Assembly (NCBI GenBank): GCA_010909165.1
Contig: MU008165.1
Location: 1,054,001-1,118,000, forward strand
Length of the DNA stretch: 64,000 nt
Direction of reading: 5' to 3'
From: Anthoceros angustus
Taxonomy: Eukaryota; Plantae; Anthocerotophyta
Shown: positions 39,101 through 52,193 of the stretch, piece after piece
Layout: each line of letters opens with the position of its first letter
How positions within the stretch are numbered: position 1 is the first letter of the stretch
Position numbers and translations under genes: made by a program
Notes under the pieces: model-generated
The model's input: the letters and a program-made list of their open reading frames with translations, nothing else
What the model was told of the DNA's origin: nothing
The model's database searches: none

Positions 39101-40290
39101 TGCCACAACCATAACCTAAACTATTTCACAACAAAACTTTTCGGAATGCACTACACATGGAACTTTGGGCAACTGAACTTAAACAAAATTTTGCACTTGA
39201 ATCCCCATGGTAACTGTGGCGCGACTTTCGCTGACGGCCAGCCAGGCTCGCACAATCCCGTGTCGTTGTAGCAAGGGGTCCGTTCCCAAGAGAATGATAG
39301 GCTCCGTTTGGCACGTTTTCAACCAATTCTCACCCCTACGTAGTGAGCGTTTCGGACTCAAGCGCGCGCGTGCACAATTCTACGACTAGCCACTCTTAAC
39401 GTTCACCGAACAAGCCCGGTGTGGCCAAATGTTTAAGGACTCGTTCACGTCCGCACCCTATCAGTCCGTTCCTCGTCCGTCTAGTCCGTTCTCCTCACCA
39501 CTCTCAATACGTCACTTCTTGGAAAAAGAGTGGGTGGGCTGCGTGGTTCGAACCTTCTCCGTCATTCCGCCGGGCCTCTCCGTCCGGGCTCTTCACGTCC
39601 TCCCGGAGTTCCCCAACTCACGCGTCCGTCGTCGACGGCTGCTCGACGAGCAAGGGTCACAGTCCCCACCCCGCACACACCACCACCGTTAGGGTCCATC
39701 ACGGGACCTTGATCGGTCTCTCCGGAGCCGTGCACCTTTCGATGACTCAGGACTCACGTTAGCAAAAGACGCACAAGGGTCTACAAGGAAACGCGGTATC
39801 CACCCCAAGAGAAAGATGCTTTACTAGAGCAACTCCGGCCCTCTTATACTACGCCCAAGGTCGGCGTCTTTATTACACTCCTATTCTGAGCTGGTGGCCA
39901 GCTCAGTGGGCCCTAGCTCGCCGCCTACTATTTCCCTCTACTCCGCCTATCTACGCCGTCGGCGGTGGGGTTGGGGTTGCTCCTGGTTCCGCCTCGGCGC
40001 TGGCGGCCCAAGCCCTAGCCCTGACAGCTGCGGCGCACCCAATCGGATGATCCGCGAGGCGGGGCCCCTTCCCCTTCCCAAAACTCTGTCAGGCTGAGCC
40101 ACCGGCAGCGGCTTGACAACGGCGGTCACCACCAAGTCCTCCTCCTCCTCTCTTGCCTCGCTGGTGGGCCCTCAAGAGATGGCTCCGTCTGAGCAAGTGG
40201 TTGGTGATTCCCTCTCGCCTCCTGAGTCTGGACCTCGAGGTCCAATCTCGACTTCAGAGTCCGGACCTCAGGGTCCGTTGAACCACCCTC
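39101..40290 (-). mobile_element. Probable LTR-retrotransposon fragment inside the foldback element
   Basis: GC-rich block ending ...ggttgtggCA on the minus strand, with a purine tract near 40065-40080 and low-complexity Pro/Arg/Glu coding remnants. No diagnostic domain. Confidence 0.3.
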
Positions 40291-41769
40291 GGGGTACGGT
40301 ATTGCTTTTGATTAATTAGTGTAAAATTTTATTATCAAATAATTAATTAATTTGATTTCATATTTTTATATATTATCTAACGAGATGAATATAAAACTTA
40401 TCGAAAAAAGTCTTGAGGTGGGTCCTATATCTGTAACTGTGATGTACTCAAAAGTATTCTATTTTGGAGAGACTTCAACTAGTCACTTTGGGGTGAGTCT
40501 TGAACCACGTGGATACTTGAAGACTCTCTTCAAAAGTTGGAGTATAAATTGCCTTTTTGCTTGATTTTGATATAAAATTAAAGCTTCTACGAAGGAGACA
40601 ATTATTACTTCTTATGGATAATGGACCTATTCACAAGGTTCGGGAAGGTTTTGTGGACTACAAGTAACTAAAATTGAGTTTTTCCTCCGAATGTGAGTTT
40701 TGTGGACCAACCCATTGATGCAAGAATTGCTCTTTCAAAGCCAACTACAAAAAGAAGATTATCCATCACCAAATTCATGAATTTGGTGATGGATGTGTTT
40801 CTTCTTATACTTAGCTTTGAAAGAGTGGATAATTCTTGTATCCATCGGTTGGTACTAGGGACTCACACTTGGAGGAAATGAACTCAATTAGGGTGACCGT
40901 GACCTTTCTACACAACCTTTTCTACCTTGTGAATAGGTTCATTATTCATGGGGAGTAATACTTACCTCCTTCCTCCAAGCTTGAGCAAGCTTTACTTTCC
41001 TGTTAAAATCAAGTAAAATTCTTGGAAGCTTGAGCAAGCTTCACTTTCCCGTCAAAACTAAGTAAAATTCTTGAAAGCTTCACTTTCTTGTCAAAATCAA
41101 GTAAAATTCTTGCAAGCTTCAGCTTCCTGTCAAAACCAAGATAAATTCTTGCAAGCTTCACCAAGCTTCACTGTCCTGTCAAAATCAACTAAATATTCTT
41201 TCAAACTTTAGTTATTTCTAATCAACAACTATTTGAAGCATGGACTGTTTTCAAGAAGGAACTTTTAGCACCCCTAGAATCAGTGCTTTGCTTCAAGTTT
41301 TGGTTTGGCTCGACTTTGCGGGTTGTCGGATCTGGACGCTTGTGAGAAACATGAAATGGAGCTTCAGGCTGATGCTGGAAATAGCGGCAGCCCGCACTGG
41401 CAGCATCCTGCGTGTGGCAGGGGTTCAAGTACAACATGTATTAGGCAGGACATTTAGGCATTGTAAGAATTAAAATTAGTAAAACCTAAAATGGCGGAGA
41501 AAGTACTCAGTTTGAATTTTGAAAGTCGGAACAAGATCTGACACGGTACACCAGAGAAAGAGGCACGTGGCCACATGTTGGACGGAGGAGTCCTTCTTGA
41601 GGATGAACGACAAGCGAGAAATGTCACAGAGTCCGCTCGCGACGGGCGGAACCCAGTGTTAAGAAAAACGCCTTGGTGAATCTGCATGCACCGAAGGGCT
41701 TCCTGAAATCCAGCCACAGGAAGTGAACAGTGTGGCATCAAGGATCGTCAGCAGCAAAGGATCCAAGTC

Positions 41770-42730
41770 ATCAGATTAGAGAGGCCTGGACGTGAATGCG
41801 GTTATTGGCCCTAGTGGCACATGCATGCCAAACGGAGCAGCCTAGTGGACGCCCAAAGAGTCTTTGATGGATTGCCTGCAAATAAGTGAGAACGCGGAAT
41901 GCCATCACTGCAGCGTATGCTGAGCATGGGCATTGCCAACAAGCCCTCAAATCGTTTTTCAAGCATCAAACAGGACACTGTTTCAGCTGACCACACAATG
42001 CCCTCCTCCTTCTCACACTTCCATACAGCTTGAGGACACTTCTTGGCCAAGCCCTTGAGCAGCGTATCCTGCTATCATGGCAATCCAAGTCACAACATCT
42101 CGGGTGACCATCCTGTCATAGGCAGTTCGGGCATCCTCCATGCAAGTTGCCACATTTTGTGTACTTGTCAATCAATCTGCTGCCAACAACCACATTAGCA
42201 TCAAAGTCTGCATTTCTGGATTAGGGCACGCAGAACTTTCCCCTTATTCAAAAAGAACCTTAAGTAGCGCAACAAAAGTCCCATGAATCATGTAACGTTT
42301 GTGTGCCTCATGAAACCATGTGCGAACATCGGAGCTCTAAGCAGCTTTACTCTCAGATTCAAGACAGGTTCGGCTATGACGTGGACTTGCATGATTGCTG
42401 GATATGTTGAGCATGGGTTTGGTCGAGAAGCCTTGGCACTGCGTGCAAGTATGCAACAGCAGGGTATCTCCATAGCAGATGCTATGGTATCTGTTTGCCT
42501 CCTCAAAGCATGTGTCGAACTCAGAGCAGACAGCAGACAGCTTCATTGCCAAATTCAAGATGTAGCATGTGAAAATCGGCCACAGCCTAGTGGACATGTA
42601 TGCAAAGTGCGGCGATTTGATGGATGCTCACCAATTGTTCAACAGATTGCAGACACGAGATGCGGGCACATGGAATTCGCCATGACTGCAGGACATGTGC
42701 AGCATTGTGTTTGTCAAGAAGCTCTGGCTG
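41770..42730 (+). pseudogene. PPR remnant copy D
   Basis: NHVTFVCLMKPCANIGAL..TWTCMIAGYVEHGFGREAL..VCLLKAC; nucleotide similarity to copies A-C. Confidence 0.75.
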
Positions 42731-44108
42731 TTAATGCCAGAGCTTACGGGATATCGTGGCCCAACTGGTTTACATGTTATGAATTGCTACACCATGCAAC
42801 CAAGATCTCAGGTCGTCAGCGTGTGATAAGTTTGGAGAAGCAAAATTTCTACGTTAGCGGGTACGAGGTCGTTGTAGTGGGTTCGTGGGTGCACTCACGA
42901 GCCAATGAAGTGTCCGTTCAGAAAATGGAAGCCAAACAGCAACGTACAAGGAATACCAGTGTTGCACCTCACGAAGGAGTGCCGCGCCGCTCCTCACAAA
43001 GGAAACAATGCCTGACATCCGGATTGATCTCGCTGGACGACAACAGCCTGAAGCGGTTTGTACTGCAGTTGGGAGGAAGGACAGTCGCTGGTGATTTTCT
43101 TTCGAAGCCGTGCCGATGCATGCCTCTCTCCCCAAGGATAGGCATTCGCGCATTTCGGGCTGCCTCAATCGAGGTCGTCGTCTTCGAACGCTGGTAGAGA
43201 TCACGATCAAGAGGGGCTGAGATGTCCTGCAAGGAGGAGGGCTCTGGGTTTCAGCCATAGCAAGCAAGCCTCGGAGCGGCACTAGTAAATTTGGGCAGTT
43301 TGAGCTAAAAAGGACATACATAGAGGGCCCCGCTGTCCTAGTAGATTGTCCTAGACCTCAATCTCAACGCTCCATCCTATGTCTGACCATGCACATCTGT
43401 AGAGCAATGGCACCACAATTCTGATCAAAAGACGCACATTTGGGAGTTAGCTCTACATACGAGCTACGAGACCTTCCAAGGTGGACAGCCACTTCGCCCG
43501 AAAACACAAGTGCCAAGGCTCGGCAAGGGAGGACACCCTTGAAATCACTTGCAAAATTCTAGTATCAGGCATGGGAGTGTGTCCGAGCAACTACATCCGT
43601 GCGACAAGGTCAAAACAAGAGCATGGCTCAAATGAGAATGGCAGAGGAAAAATGAGTTGCTGAGAAACCACTTCCTATTCGATCTTCAAGACTTGCATCT
43701 TCCTACATGCGCGCAGTGCGATTGTAAAAGCTTTCTCAAGCTTAAGCATAGAATGTCCAATGTGCAAATATGTAGCTTCTCATGATTATCGCTCTGGAAA
43801 TTTTGAAGATTCACAATTGTTTTGTACAATGATTCTGGCAAGTGTATATGGTCAGATAGGTGGTTATATATGGTCAAATTTTCACCTGTTACAATCAACC
43901 ATGTTAATTGATCCACAAAACAGTATGTTCACAATCGTCCAAGGGCAATTTACAGGAAAGCATCGTCAGTTCAGTAAGAATAAGGGATGTTCTCATGGTC
44001 TACGAAAGTGGGAAGTTTCTTGTCGTCGTCCACTTACCGCAGCGAGGACTTAACATGTTCGACCAACCTTGCCCACACAATTTAGTTACAGCTTCTGGGA
44101 GCTGTTAC

Positions 44109-45730
44109 TCACAGCCTAGACTTGATGAGTGGTGTCTGCTGTTGGAGGAAGGCTGCCGCAGCAGCAACTCCACTGCCCAATTTGATATTATAGCCAATGT
44201 CTGCTAGACAGATCTCCACACCAGATAGTACACCGAGCAATTGAAGCTGGAACCAGGTAGAGGCAGCGTTAGACAAGAAGAAGAGAAAATAGATCGGGTT
44301 CAGGGATGGCTAAAAATAGATCCTATACCTCATTCACGTTGCCCAGGTGTCCGATCCTGAAGACCTTCCCATTCACCTTGTTCAAACCTATTCCCAGATT
44401 AAGATTGTACTTCTTCCACGCTATCTTAACAACGTCATTGCTGTTGATGTGGGAGGGCACCAGCACTGCCGTGACAGTGTCGCTGTACCATTCTTCGCTC
44501 TGGGTGCAGAGTTTCAAGCCCCAGGCCTGGACTGCCAGCCTGCGGGGGAGGCACATTGCAGGTAAGCGGAGGAGAAGAATGGGCGGGGAAGGGAAGGGAA
44601 GCAGCGTCACCATGGCAACCAAGCCCTTACCTAGTGGCGGTGGCAAGGCGAGTGTGCCTGGCAAACACGTTCTCCAGTCCTTCCTGGAAGATGAGGTCGA
44701 GAGCAGCCCTGAGAGCATACAGCATCTGACTGGAGGGAGTGTAAGGCCAGTACGATCCCTGGTTGTAGAACTTGATGTAATCAGCCCAGTCGAAGAAGAC
44801 CCTGGCGGACTTGGCAGTCTGGGAAGCCTTGATGGCCTTGGGGCTGGCGCACACGATCCCCAGCCCGGTGGGTAAGGACAGAGCCTTCTGCGAGCCGGTG
44901 AGCGCCACGTCCACCCTCCACTCGTCCATGCGGAAGTCGATGGCGCCGATGGAGGACACTCCGTCCACCAGCAGCAGCGCCGGGTGGTAGGTCTCGTCTG
45001 CGCGCAATGAGGTGGTGGGTGAGCGGCAAGCCCAGAAGCAGAAGAGAGACCGTCGGGGCGCAGGGCAAGAGAACACGAGAGGAGGCGTACCCAGCACCCT
45101 ACGGATGGCCGCAATGTTGTTGGTCACGCCCGTGGAGGTCTCGTTGTGCACCACGCAGATGGCCTTCACCTCGCGCGCGGAGTCGGCCTGCAGCTTGGAT
45201 TTGAGGTGGCGGATATCCACGCCTGCTCCCCACTCCACGTCCACCACGTCCACGTTGAAGTTGAGCCGCTGCATCATGTTGATCCATAGCAGGCTGAATT
45301 GGCCGAAGCTGAAGGAGATGATCTTGTCCCCCGGCGACAGGGTGTTGGTGAGCGCGCTCTCCCAGGCTCCCGTGCCTGCAGCAGCCCACCCACGTTCCCG
45401 CCTCAGCCACTGCAGCGCAGAGCAGAGCAGGGCAGGGCAGAGCAGAGCAGGGCAGGGCAGAGCAGAGCAGAGCAAAGCAGAAAGAACCGGAATTCGGAGA
45501 GCTCAGTCGCTGTCACGAAGCTCACCAGTGGTGGGGAAGATGAAGGAGGTGGCTGTGGTGGTCTTGAAGATGCGCTTCACGTCATCCAGCACGGACTTGG
45601 AGAGCTTGGGAAATGCAGGCGAGCGGTGATCCTCGTTGTTGCGGCTCAGAGCCTGGAGCACAGGCTCCGGGATGTTGGTCGGGCCCGGCACGAACAGGTG
45701 GTTCCTGCCGGGGGCCGGGTAGTACTCCAT
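44109..45730 (-). CDS. AGT1: Peroxisomal serine:glyoxylate / alanine:glyoxylate aminotransferase (photorespiration), multi-exon
   Basis: MEYYPAPGRNHLFVPGPTNIPE, GTGAWESALTNTLSPGD, VVHNETSTGV, VDGVSSIG..VDVALTGSQKALSLPTG (PLP lysine), FRIGHLGNVNE. Ends in PTS1 ...PLIKSRL*. Confidence 0.97.
45415..45480. repeat. Pentanucleotide microsatellite (gcaga/gcagg)n in AGT1 intron 1; (cccaa)n at 45996-46021 upstream
   Basis: agcagagcagggcagggcagagcagagcagggcagggcagagcagagcagag. Confidence 0.85.
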
Positions 45731-46616
45731 CCCCACAGCCCGACCAAATTCGGAGGGTTGGCCGACTCGCGTCTCACGTCTCACACGTCTCGCGTCTCAC
45801 CAGCTCGCAGGAGCAGAGTGGCGAGGCGAGGCGAGGCGATTGCTCAGACCACGCGCTTGCAAACCAGCGCTTGTCAGCTTCTTCGCCTCGGCTCGCGAGA
45901 CTAAATGCTGGACGGAGCGCCCAGCCAGCGGTGCGAGAATGGGAGGTTGAGCAAGGTCCCGCTCGGATAAGAGAGCCATAGCTGGCCTGGCACACAACCC
46001 AACCCAACCCAACCCAACCCACACCGTGCTGCCATGCCCATGTTGTGCATGTCCCACATGCCCTGGGAGACCCGGCTTCCGGGGCACTCTGATCCCATTG
46101 GACAACGGGTCGCCACACAGTCCCCGCTGCCTGCACCACGGCCGAGTGGCGAGTGGCCAGTGGCCAGTGGCGAGGCAAACAGGGCCCACCCGATCGTCAA
46201 ATGCATGGACAAAATTGCGACGGTTGTGAGTCACAACGTTTCATTACAAACAGTAAAGCTCCACGCTCCAGCTCCACTCGTCGGGCTGCCGCTCCTCATT
46301 GGCGCCGTTTCGGCCTACTTGCCGTCATGGCTTCAACTAGAACTGCTGAGTCATCGCACCCGCCGATGCCAAGGTGTGGGGCCCTCAACAAGGCTGAGGC
46401 CGCAGCCTGCATGGGGCGTTGAGCGTTGCCGCCGGATCCTCCGACATTCCCAAGTCATCCATTGCTGGGAAGTTGGAACCAGGAGTTACGGCTCCGACAC
46501 CTGCTTCCCAGCCGGGTAGAACGCGTGGGTAACACATACAGTATGTACATCCCCACTCGCTCTCGGAATATCGTTCGGGGAAGAGGAAACTAGCACGAGC
46601 GAAGTCTCTCACCTCT

Positions 46617-49600
46617 TCATAACTCCACTATAGCTTGTTTCAGGAGCTGCACTACCTTCTCCATCCGACCAGCGGCCTGAAAAAAGGTGCCACCCAACAA
46701 GTCGGGGATTCTAGCGGGGCATAATTGCCGCAAGGTGCCCAACCATGTGGCTGAGAAGGGTAAGCGAGTTACCTGGCTGACTGCTTTCAACCTTACTTCA
46801 GCTTCCAAAACACACACACTGCCAGCCTCCTGCGCCTGGCTAACAAGCTTCTGGTGTGCCGCCCCTGCAGGCGGATTGGAATGATACTTTCAGTACCAAC
46901 ATTGTTGCTCGAAATTCTTCACTACCACCTTTGTTGCTCCGAATTCAAAACAGCAGAGTCTGAAAGGTTCTTTTGCATACTTACTTTGCTTGTCTGCACA
47001 GAGTAGGACTTCAGCCTTCGTGGTCTCCAGTTCACCGAAAATGTGTTCGCAAAGTTGCAAATGCGCACTCAGCTCATTCCTGTATTGCTGGAACGCTGCT
47101 TTCATCTTCTGATTTCCATCTGCATCCGGAATTTTCAATGTTCTTGGGTACGCAGCTTGCCAGTTATGATAAAAATCTTGGTAGCATCTGACGTTTGGTT
47201 ACCTCGCAGCTGATCTTCCAATTGGCCAAATCTACGCTTACTTTCCTTCTTCAACTCCTCACTGCGTGCATACGTGTGAGCATAGCATTTGAGAAACTCT
47301 GCTGCAGTTTGCCACTGACGCCTGAAGTAAGCAATTGACTTTATCTCAGTGATCACCTACTTGTCTTTCTCGAAGGCACTTGCCAGAGATTGAATGTGGA
47401 GATGCGCTTTTGTGGTTACTTGGCACAGAATCTGTGCAATTTTCTGTTGGGTAAGCAGGCTACTTTTTTGCTTCAGTCTGTGTAGCATGTTAGCAACTAT
47501 TCCGATTTCCCTGTATGTAGACCATGAGAGATAGATTTACAACCTGCAACCCATTTCAATCCCAACAGCTGATACATATGCTTCCTGACACCAGTCAACT
47601 TTAGAAGGAACGTGATTTGTACGTACCCACTAGAAGGATCCACCTCAACGTCGCTCTGATACTCGACCTCGACGCTTGTGTGTTCTGCTTTTATACCAGA
47701 AGAATCTCATGTGAGCAAGCCATAGCCACGGCACTGCGGCGAACGGTAGGTAATTTCCTCAGGTTTCCAGCAAACAGTCTGCAAGTACAACCACCTTTTG
47801 ATTTGTCCCTTTTACCCAAACGAGGTGTTGGCCTCTCTTGCTCCATAGCTTTTGTGGCCCATCTTCGCCTGATTCTTGGAAAGATTCGAATACAATCTGG
47901 TTGTCAATTCAGGCGGGGGAGCAATCAGTTCATGAACGCTCCAGAAAGCAGTTTCTCCAACAACATAGCCAGGTTCTTGAAGCAAAAAATACCTGCTGCG
48001 AGGTCTGGTGCTTGGCCATGCTCCAGTGAACATGCAAGATTAGGCTCCTGACAATCAGCTGGAGAGTTATCAACGGGACTTGATTCGGGGCCCTCGGACT
48101 CCTTGCGGTCTTCATTAGCTGGACCATTATGCTGGCTGCAGGTCAAGGGTGCCAAACGACGTCTACATTCAACCTCTGTCCTAGTTGCTTGCTAGACGTG
48201 CTGCTAATAACGACCAATGCCGTCACACTTTTTGAGCTGGAGTGGATACGGAGTTCGGTTTTGACGAAACAGTATCGTCCTGAAGGAATGTATCATACAG
48301 GAGACCACCCCGAAACGCTGTCAGGCAAGTACCATAGTTTGGAGCGTAGTTTAGCTTGGAAGGCCAACCTGCCCGTCGCCTCTGACGACGAAAGTTCCTC
48401 GCAGGGGCAGCCCCGTCTGCCGTAGTCGTGAATGCTGACGTACCCATACAAGGATCCTCTGGCTCTCGTTGTAAGAAAGCGGCTCCATTGTTACCCCCCT
48501 CTTCTGTCCCTGCCACTTTTTGCTTTTTGCAAGCAACAACCTCCGCAGTCACGTCCAGGGCTGCTGGGGTGGTCGCTGACACATTCCCCAACACCTCAGC
48601 TTGCTCCGTTTGATGTACTTGGCCGACGCGAACATGAGATCTCGAGATGCCTGTGAAGTGGGTGCTTTCTACTCCAAAGTTTTGCACCGTGCTCCGCCTT
48701 CGTTTACCGGAGACATGAGAGCCCATCCTTCCTGCGTCATCACTGGAAGCTTCTGCAGGCTGTCTCAACTTCCCCTTCCGAGTCCTGACACACTTTTTGT
48801 CCGTGCGTATCAAACCAGGTTTTTTATGTACTCTAGTTGCATCATCTTTCGTGTTCTTTCTCCCAGGATGTTCTCCTCCGACACGAGGCTGCCGCAAACT
48901 CTTCTTGGGTGTTGGTACGTACTCCGAGTCCTCATCATTGGCCTTGGTCTTCTTCGCCTTACTAGATAACACTGCACCACACCTAGGAATCTCGCTTGTT
49001 CCTGGTGCAGCTGGACTACTGGAAGATGATATGCCGGCGGCAGCATTTGCAGGCTCCAATTCTGGTGAGGAACTTATGGGTTTCGAACATCCTGCAATCC
49101 TGTCACCAGTCTCAACTGGCTCGGGACTGTCGTCTAGACTCTGAGCCTTACTTTCTTGCATCCTTGCCGGTTCGCTTGGATCGGGACCTTCAATTCTCTC
49201 CTGATCTGCTGATGCTCCTGGACACGGTGGCTCGACATTACGAACAGCCGATACCTTCCTGCCGCAAACCTCAGGCCTTTGATCTCGTAAGAGTCCCCCT
49301 TCATTTCCTGCCTTTCTTGCCGAGCATAGCTGCATGGATGTTTTAGACAATTGGACGCCTGCATTCTTCCCTCCGCCCACATCAGGTGCTACGGTTCTGA
49401 GGGCCAGTTGCCCGCCTACTCTTTCAGGAGTGCAGGGACAGGGGTATTTGGATGCCTCCGAATGTTCGGCATGAACCTCTCTGGCGCCGGTTGTTCCATG
49501 ACTGCGTGATGCCAGGAGTACCGAAAGGATTCTTGACCCCACACTCCGAGATTTCAGTGGCCTGGGCTCTACAAACTCTTCCACAGCCACCATTTTGGGC

Positions 49601-52193
49601 AACGGAATTATTATTCCATATGAAGCTTTCCTAGCAGCTTGAGAAGAACCAGATGCCGGCTCTGGCACTTGGCTGAGACGGGCTTCCTGCTTCCCACCGT
49701 TGTCCTAACTAGTCAACTTACGCAACTTATTGAAATGCGGCTGTGCAAACGACTTCGTACCTGTTGCAGTCTCCTCGTGTGTTGTGTTATCAACGGGATC
49801 AGGGAAGCTGACACTGTTAAGACATCTGGTCGAAACAATGTCCAACAGATGAAACGGGCAGCCAGGGATCAGCATTTTCTTATCGTCGGTGCACAGGGGC
49901 TCAATTTCTTTCTGACTATGAGAATCTTTCTTGGAGTAATGTATTGTCGGCGTCACCTTCAGCACTAAGGTCGAACGTAATAAGCGACGACTCTGAACAC
50001 CCTTGCGCCTGCACAAAAGCACGATGCAGAGCATCATCTGTGCCAGGAAGGAATATGGAGCAACGACGACAGCAGCAGCAGATGACCACGTTCAACAGGG
50101 TTGGGCACCTGCTGTAAGCCAAGGTTATTTATCTTTGAGGCAGCAACAATCTCCAGATGTGTTTCAGAGAGTCCTGCAGGTGCAGGAGTTTCGTGTTGCA
50201 GTTCGACAAGCCATCTTACACTAAAGCATACTGAGAACATTGTCAGTGCCTAGTGCACAAACAACCATGCCTGATCGTCAATGTCACAGAACCCAGCAAA
50301 CTATGAGAAGAGGAGGCTTACGATGGATTTCGATAATTTCACGGTACTGGATGTCAATTAACTGAGCAGAATTGTCCTCCTGAGAACAAGATTACATAAA
50401 TGTTGTGTCACAAAATCTGTTTCTGACAAAATTCCAGCATCAAAAGCAAATGGTTACGGAGTGTTTAGCATTTACTAGCAATGCATCTTTCTGAGAGGAC
50501 ATAGTCAAAGCATAGAAGCTGAGGTGGTCATCTCCGAAGTCAACCCATCTGTCCTCCGCTGAAGACAGATCGTTTCCATTCACGATAATCTTGTGTGCCA
50601 GGAAAGAGTAAACCCTACACAGATCTACCAAATCAGTAGTTGGAGAAACACTTAACGCGAGGGCAGCAAAGCATTCAAAGTGGAAGTATACGCACCTTCT
50701 CAAAGACCCAAGGGACTGATTCATCGCGCAGACGAAGTGTCTTATCTCAGCAGAGAGTTTTGGGCTCTTTAACCGAAGCATCTGGGACATGGCTGCTCTA
50801 GGAACTTCATCTTCGATGAGATCACGGAGGTGAGGCCCCCTTTTGAGAAGTCTAAGCAAAATCTCCGAGATGGTGGCCTGTGTGCAGAAATCCCCACATC
50901 TGGGAAGGACAACTCGGAACAACTTGTGACTGCACGAGTTCCAGTTTCGAGAGATTGGCATTTGTGAGAAACTGCCAACTTCAGTGAACCCTCAAGCAGC
51001 TGAGTAAAGAGCTCGATGCTGTAAGTGCTCCAGAGCCAGAGTTCCAGCCTAGTCATTGCAGCTGCGTCCAGTGATGGAATAAAAAACGAACCAGTCAGCA
51101 GAGCAGCGCAGGAAAGATTGTTGATTGGGGGAGCACTTGGTGATCAGGGCACACAGTGTGTCCATTGCAGCCCGCTGCAGCTTCACAGAGCCTGATTTAG
51201 CAGGAGCGAGGGCCAGGAGTCGGGGTACAAAGTGCTTGCCAAATTCTTCCTTCCCTGCAAAGAAGAGCTCACATGAACGTGAGGTCTCGCACGACGAAAC
51301 CAACTCGCCGTCCGCCCATGCCGCAGTGAAATCAACCGGATCCGAACCTGCTGCCAGTTCGCTGAAATCTTCAATGGCATAGAGAAGCTCCAGCACGGAA
51401 TTTAGCACCTCGATTCTGCTGTAGTCCCTCAGCAACAGATCGTCGTATGTTTTGGTCAGAACACGCACAATGCCTGAATCCAACACTTTGTTGAAGAAGA
51501 GAGTCCTTGACCAGCTTTGAAGGCACTTGAAAACTCCCTGCAAAGTTGCGTGGTGCAGCTCCTGGGGATACTCAGACTGCAAGACGACAATCCTGACTGA
51601 GAAATGCTCACCAGGTTTCCGATAGACGAGAAATTCTGCACGGACTATGCCTGCGGGGGAACGGACGTCCCAAACCTGCCCAAGGAAACTGATGATTTTG
51701 CGAAGCAGATGTTCCGAAGGAGCTGAATCAGGGCCCACGCTCAGCAGCGCTGTGACTTGCGGAAACACGGTCGTCATCTGTGCCTCGTCCGTGGCTTCTG
51801 CTCCTGTGCCTGTGAGCTTCCTCATGGTCCACTCGCATTCCAATTCAGATCCCCTAAACCTAGTTTGCACATTGTCCTCACGGAGACTCCAATCTAGTCA
51901 TGAAATTCCACCACTTTCTTGAGCACGCAGAAAGTCCAGAGCAAGATTCAAGACAATCTGGTCCAACAACGAGAACAAGGAGCTCCTCGGCTCCGAAGGA
52001 AATTGCCAAATGCCAGAAATTGAATTGGCAGCTGAAGGCAAAATTGAGAAAGTGAAATTGGCAGCTGTTTGAAGTTTTAATGCCTGCAGGGTTGATCAAG
52101 GATTGAAGCAAACATTGCTGCCCTGACCTTGCCACGCGGAACAGGAGAAGAGGCCGCGTGTGTGCCGGGTGTCGAAGTGATTCCTGTTTCCAT
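46617..52193 (-). CDS. ASY3: Meiotic chromosome-axis core protein ASY3/PAIR3 (SYCP2/Red1 family): N-terminal ARM + PH-like domain, HORMAD closure motif, disordered middle, C-terminal coiled coil. Start codon uncertain (52193 or 51825).
   Basis: SYCP2-like motifs CGDFCTQATISEILLRL, IRHFVCAMNQSLGSLRR|VYSF and WVDFGDDHLSFY. Closure-like GSSQAARKASYGIII. Coiled coil KMKAAFQQYRNELSAHLQLCEHIFGELETTKAEVLLCADKQ...EAEVRLKAVSQ resembles the ASY3 C-terminus. Confidence 0.8.

Larger units (their letters stand above)
36771..41200. mobile_element. Large foldback/MULE-like element: ~715-bp inverted arms (36771-37486 and 40308-41022), ~2.8-kb interior, tandem ~40-bp subrepeats to ~41200
   Basis: The arms are reverse complements (ORF 36892-37095(-) mirrors 40693-40881(+)). 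The motif aagcttcactttcctgtcaaaatcaagtaaaattcttg recurs about 5 times at 40977-41200. Confidence 0.75.

Noticed and set aside
42283-43197. 304-aa ORF as an intact PPR protein
   Set aside because: PPR motifs drift out of frame after ~95 aa and the remainder reads into unrelated sequence.
44306-46519. Many long overlapping ORFs on both strands around AGT1
   Set aside because: Shadow ORFs caused by high GC content and microsatellites.
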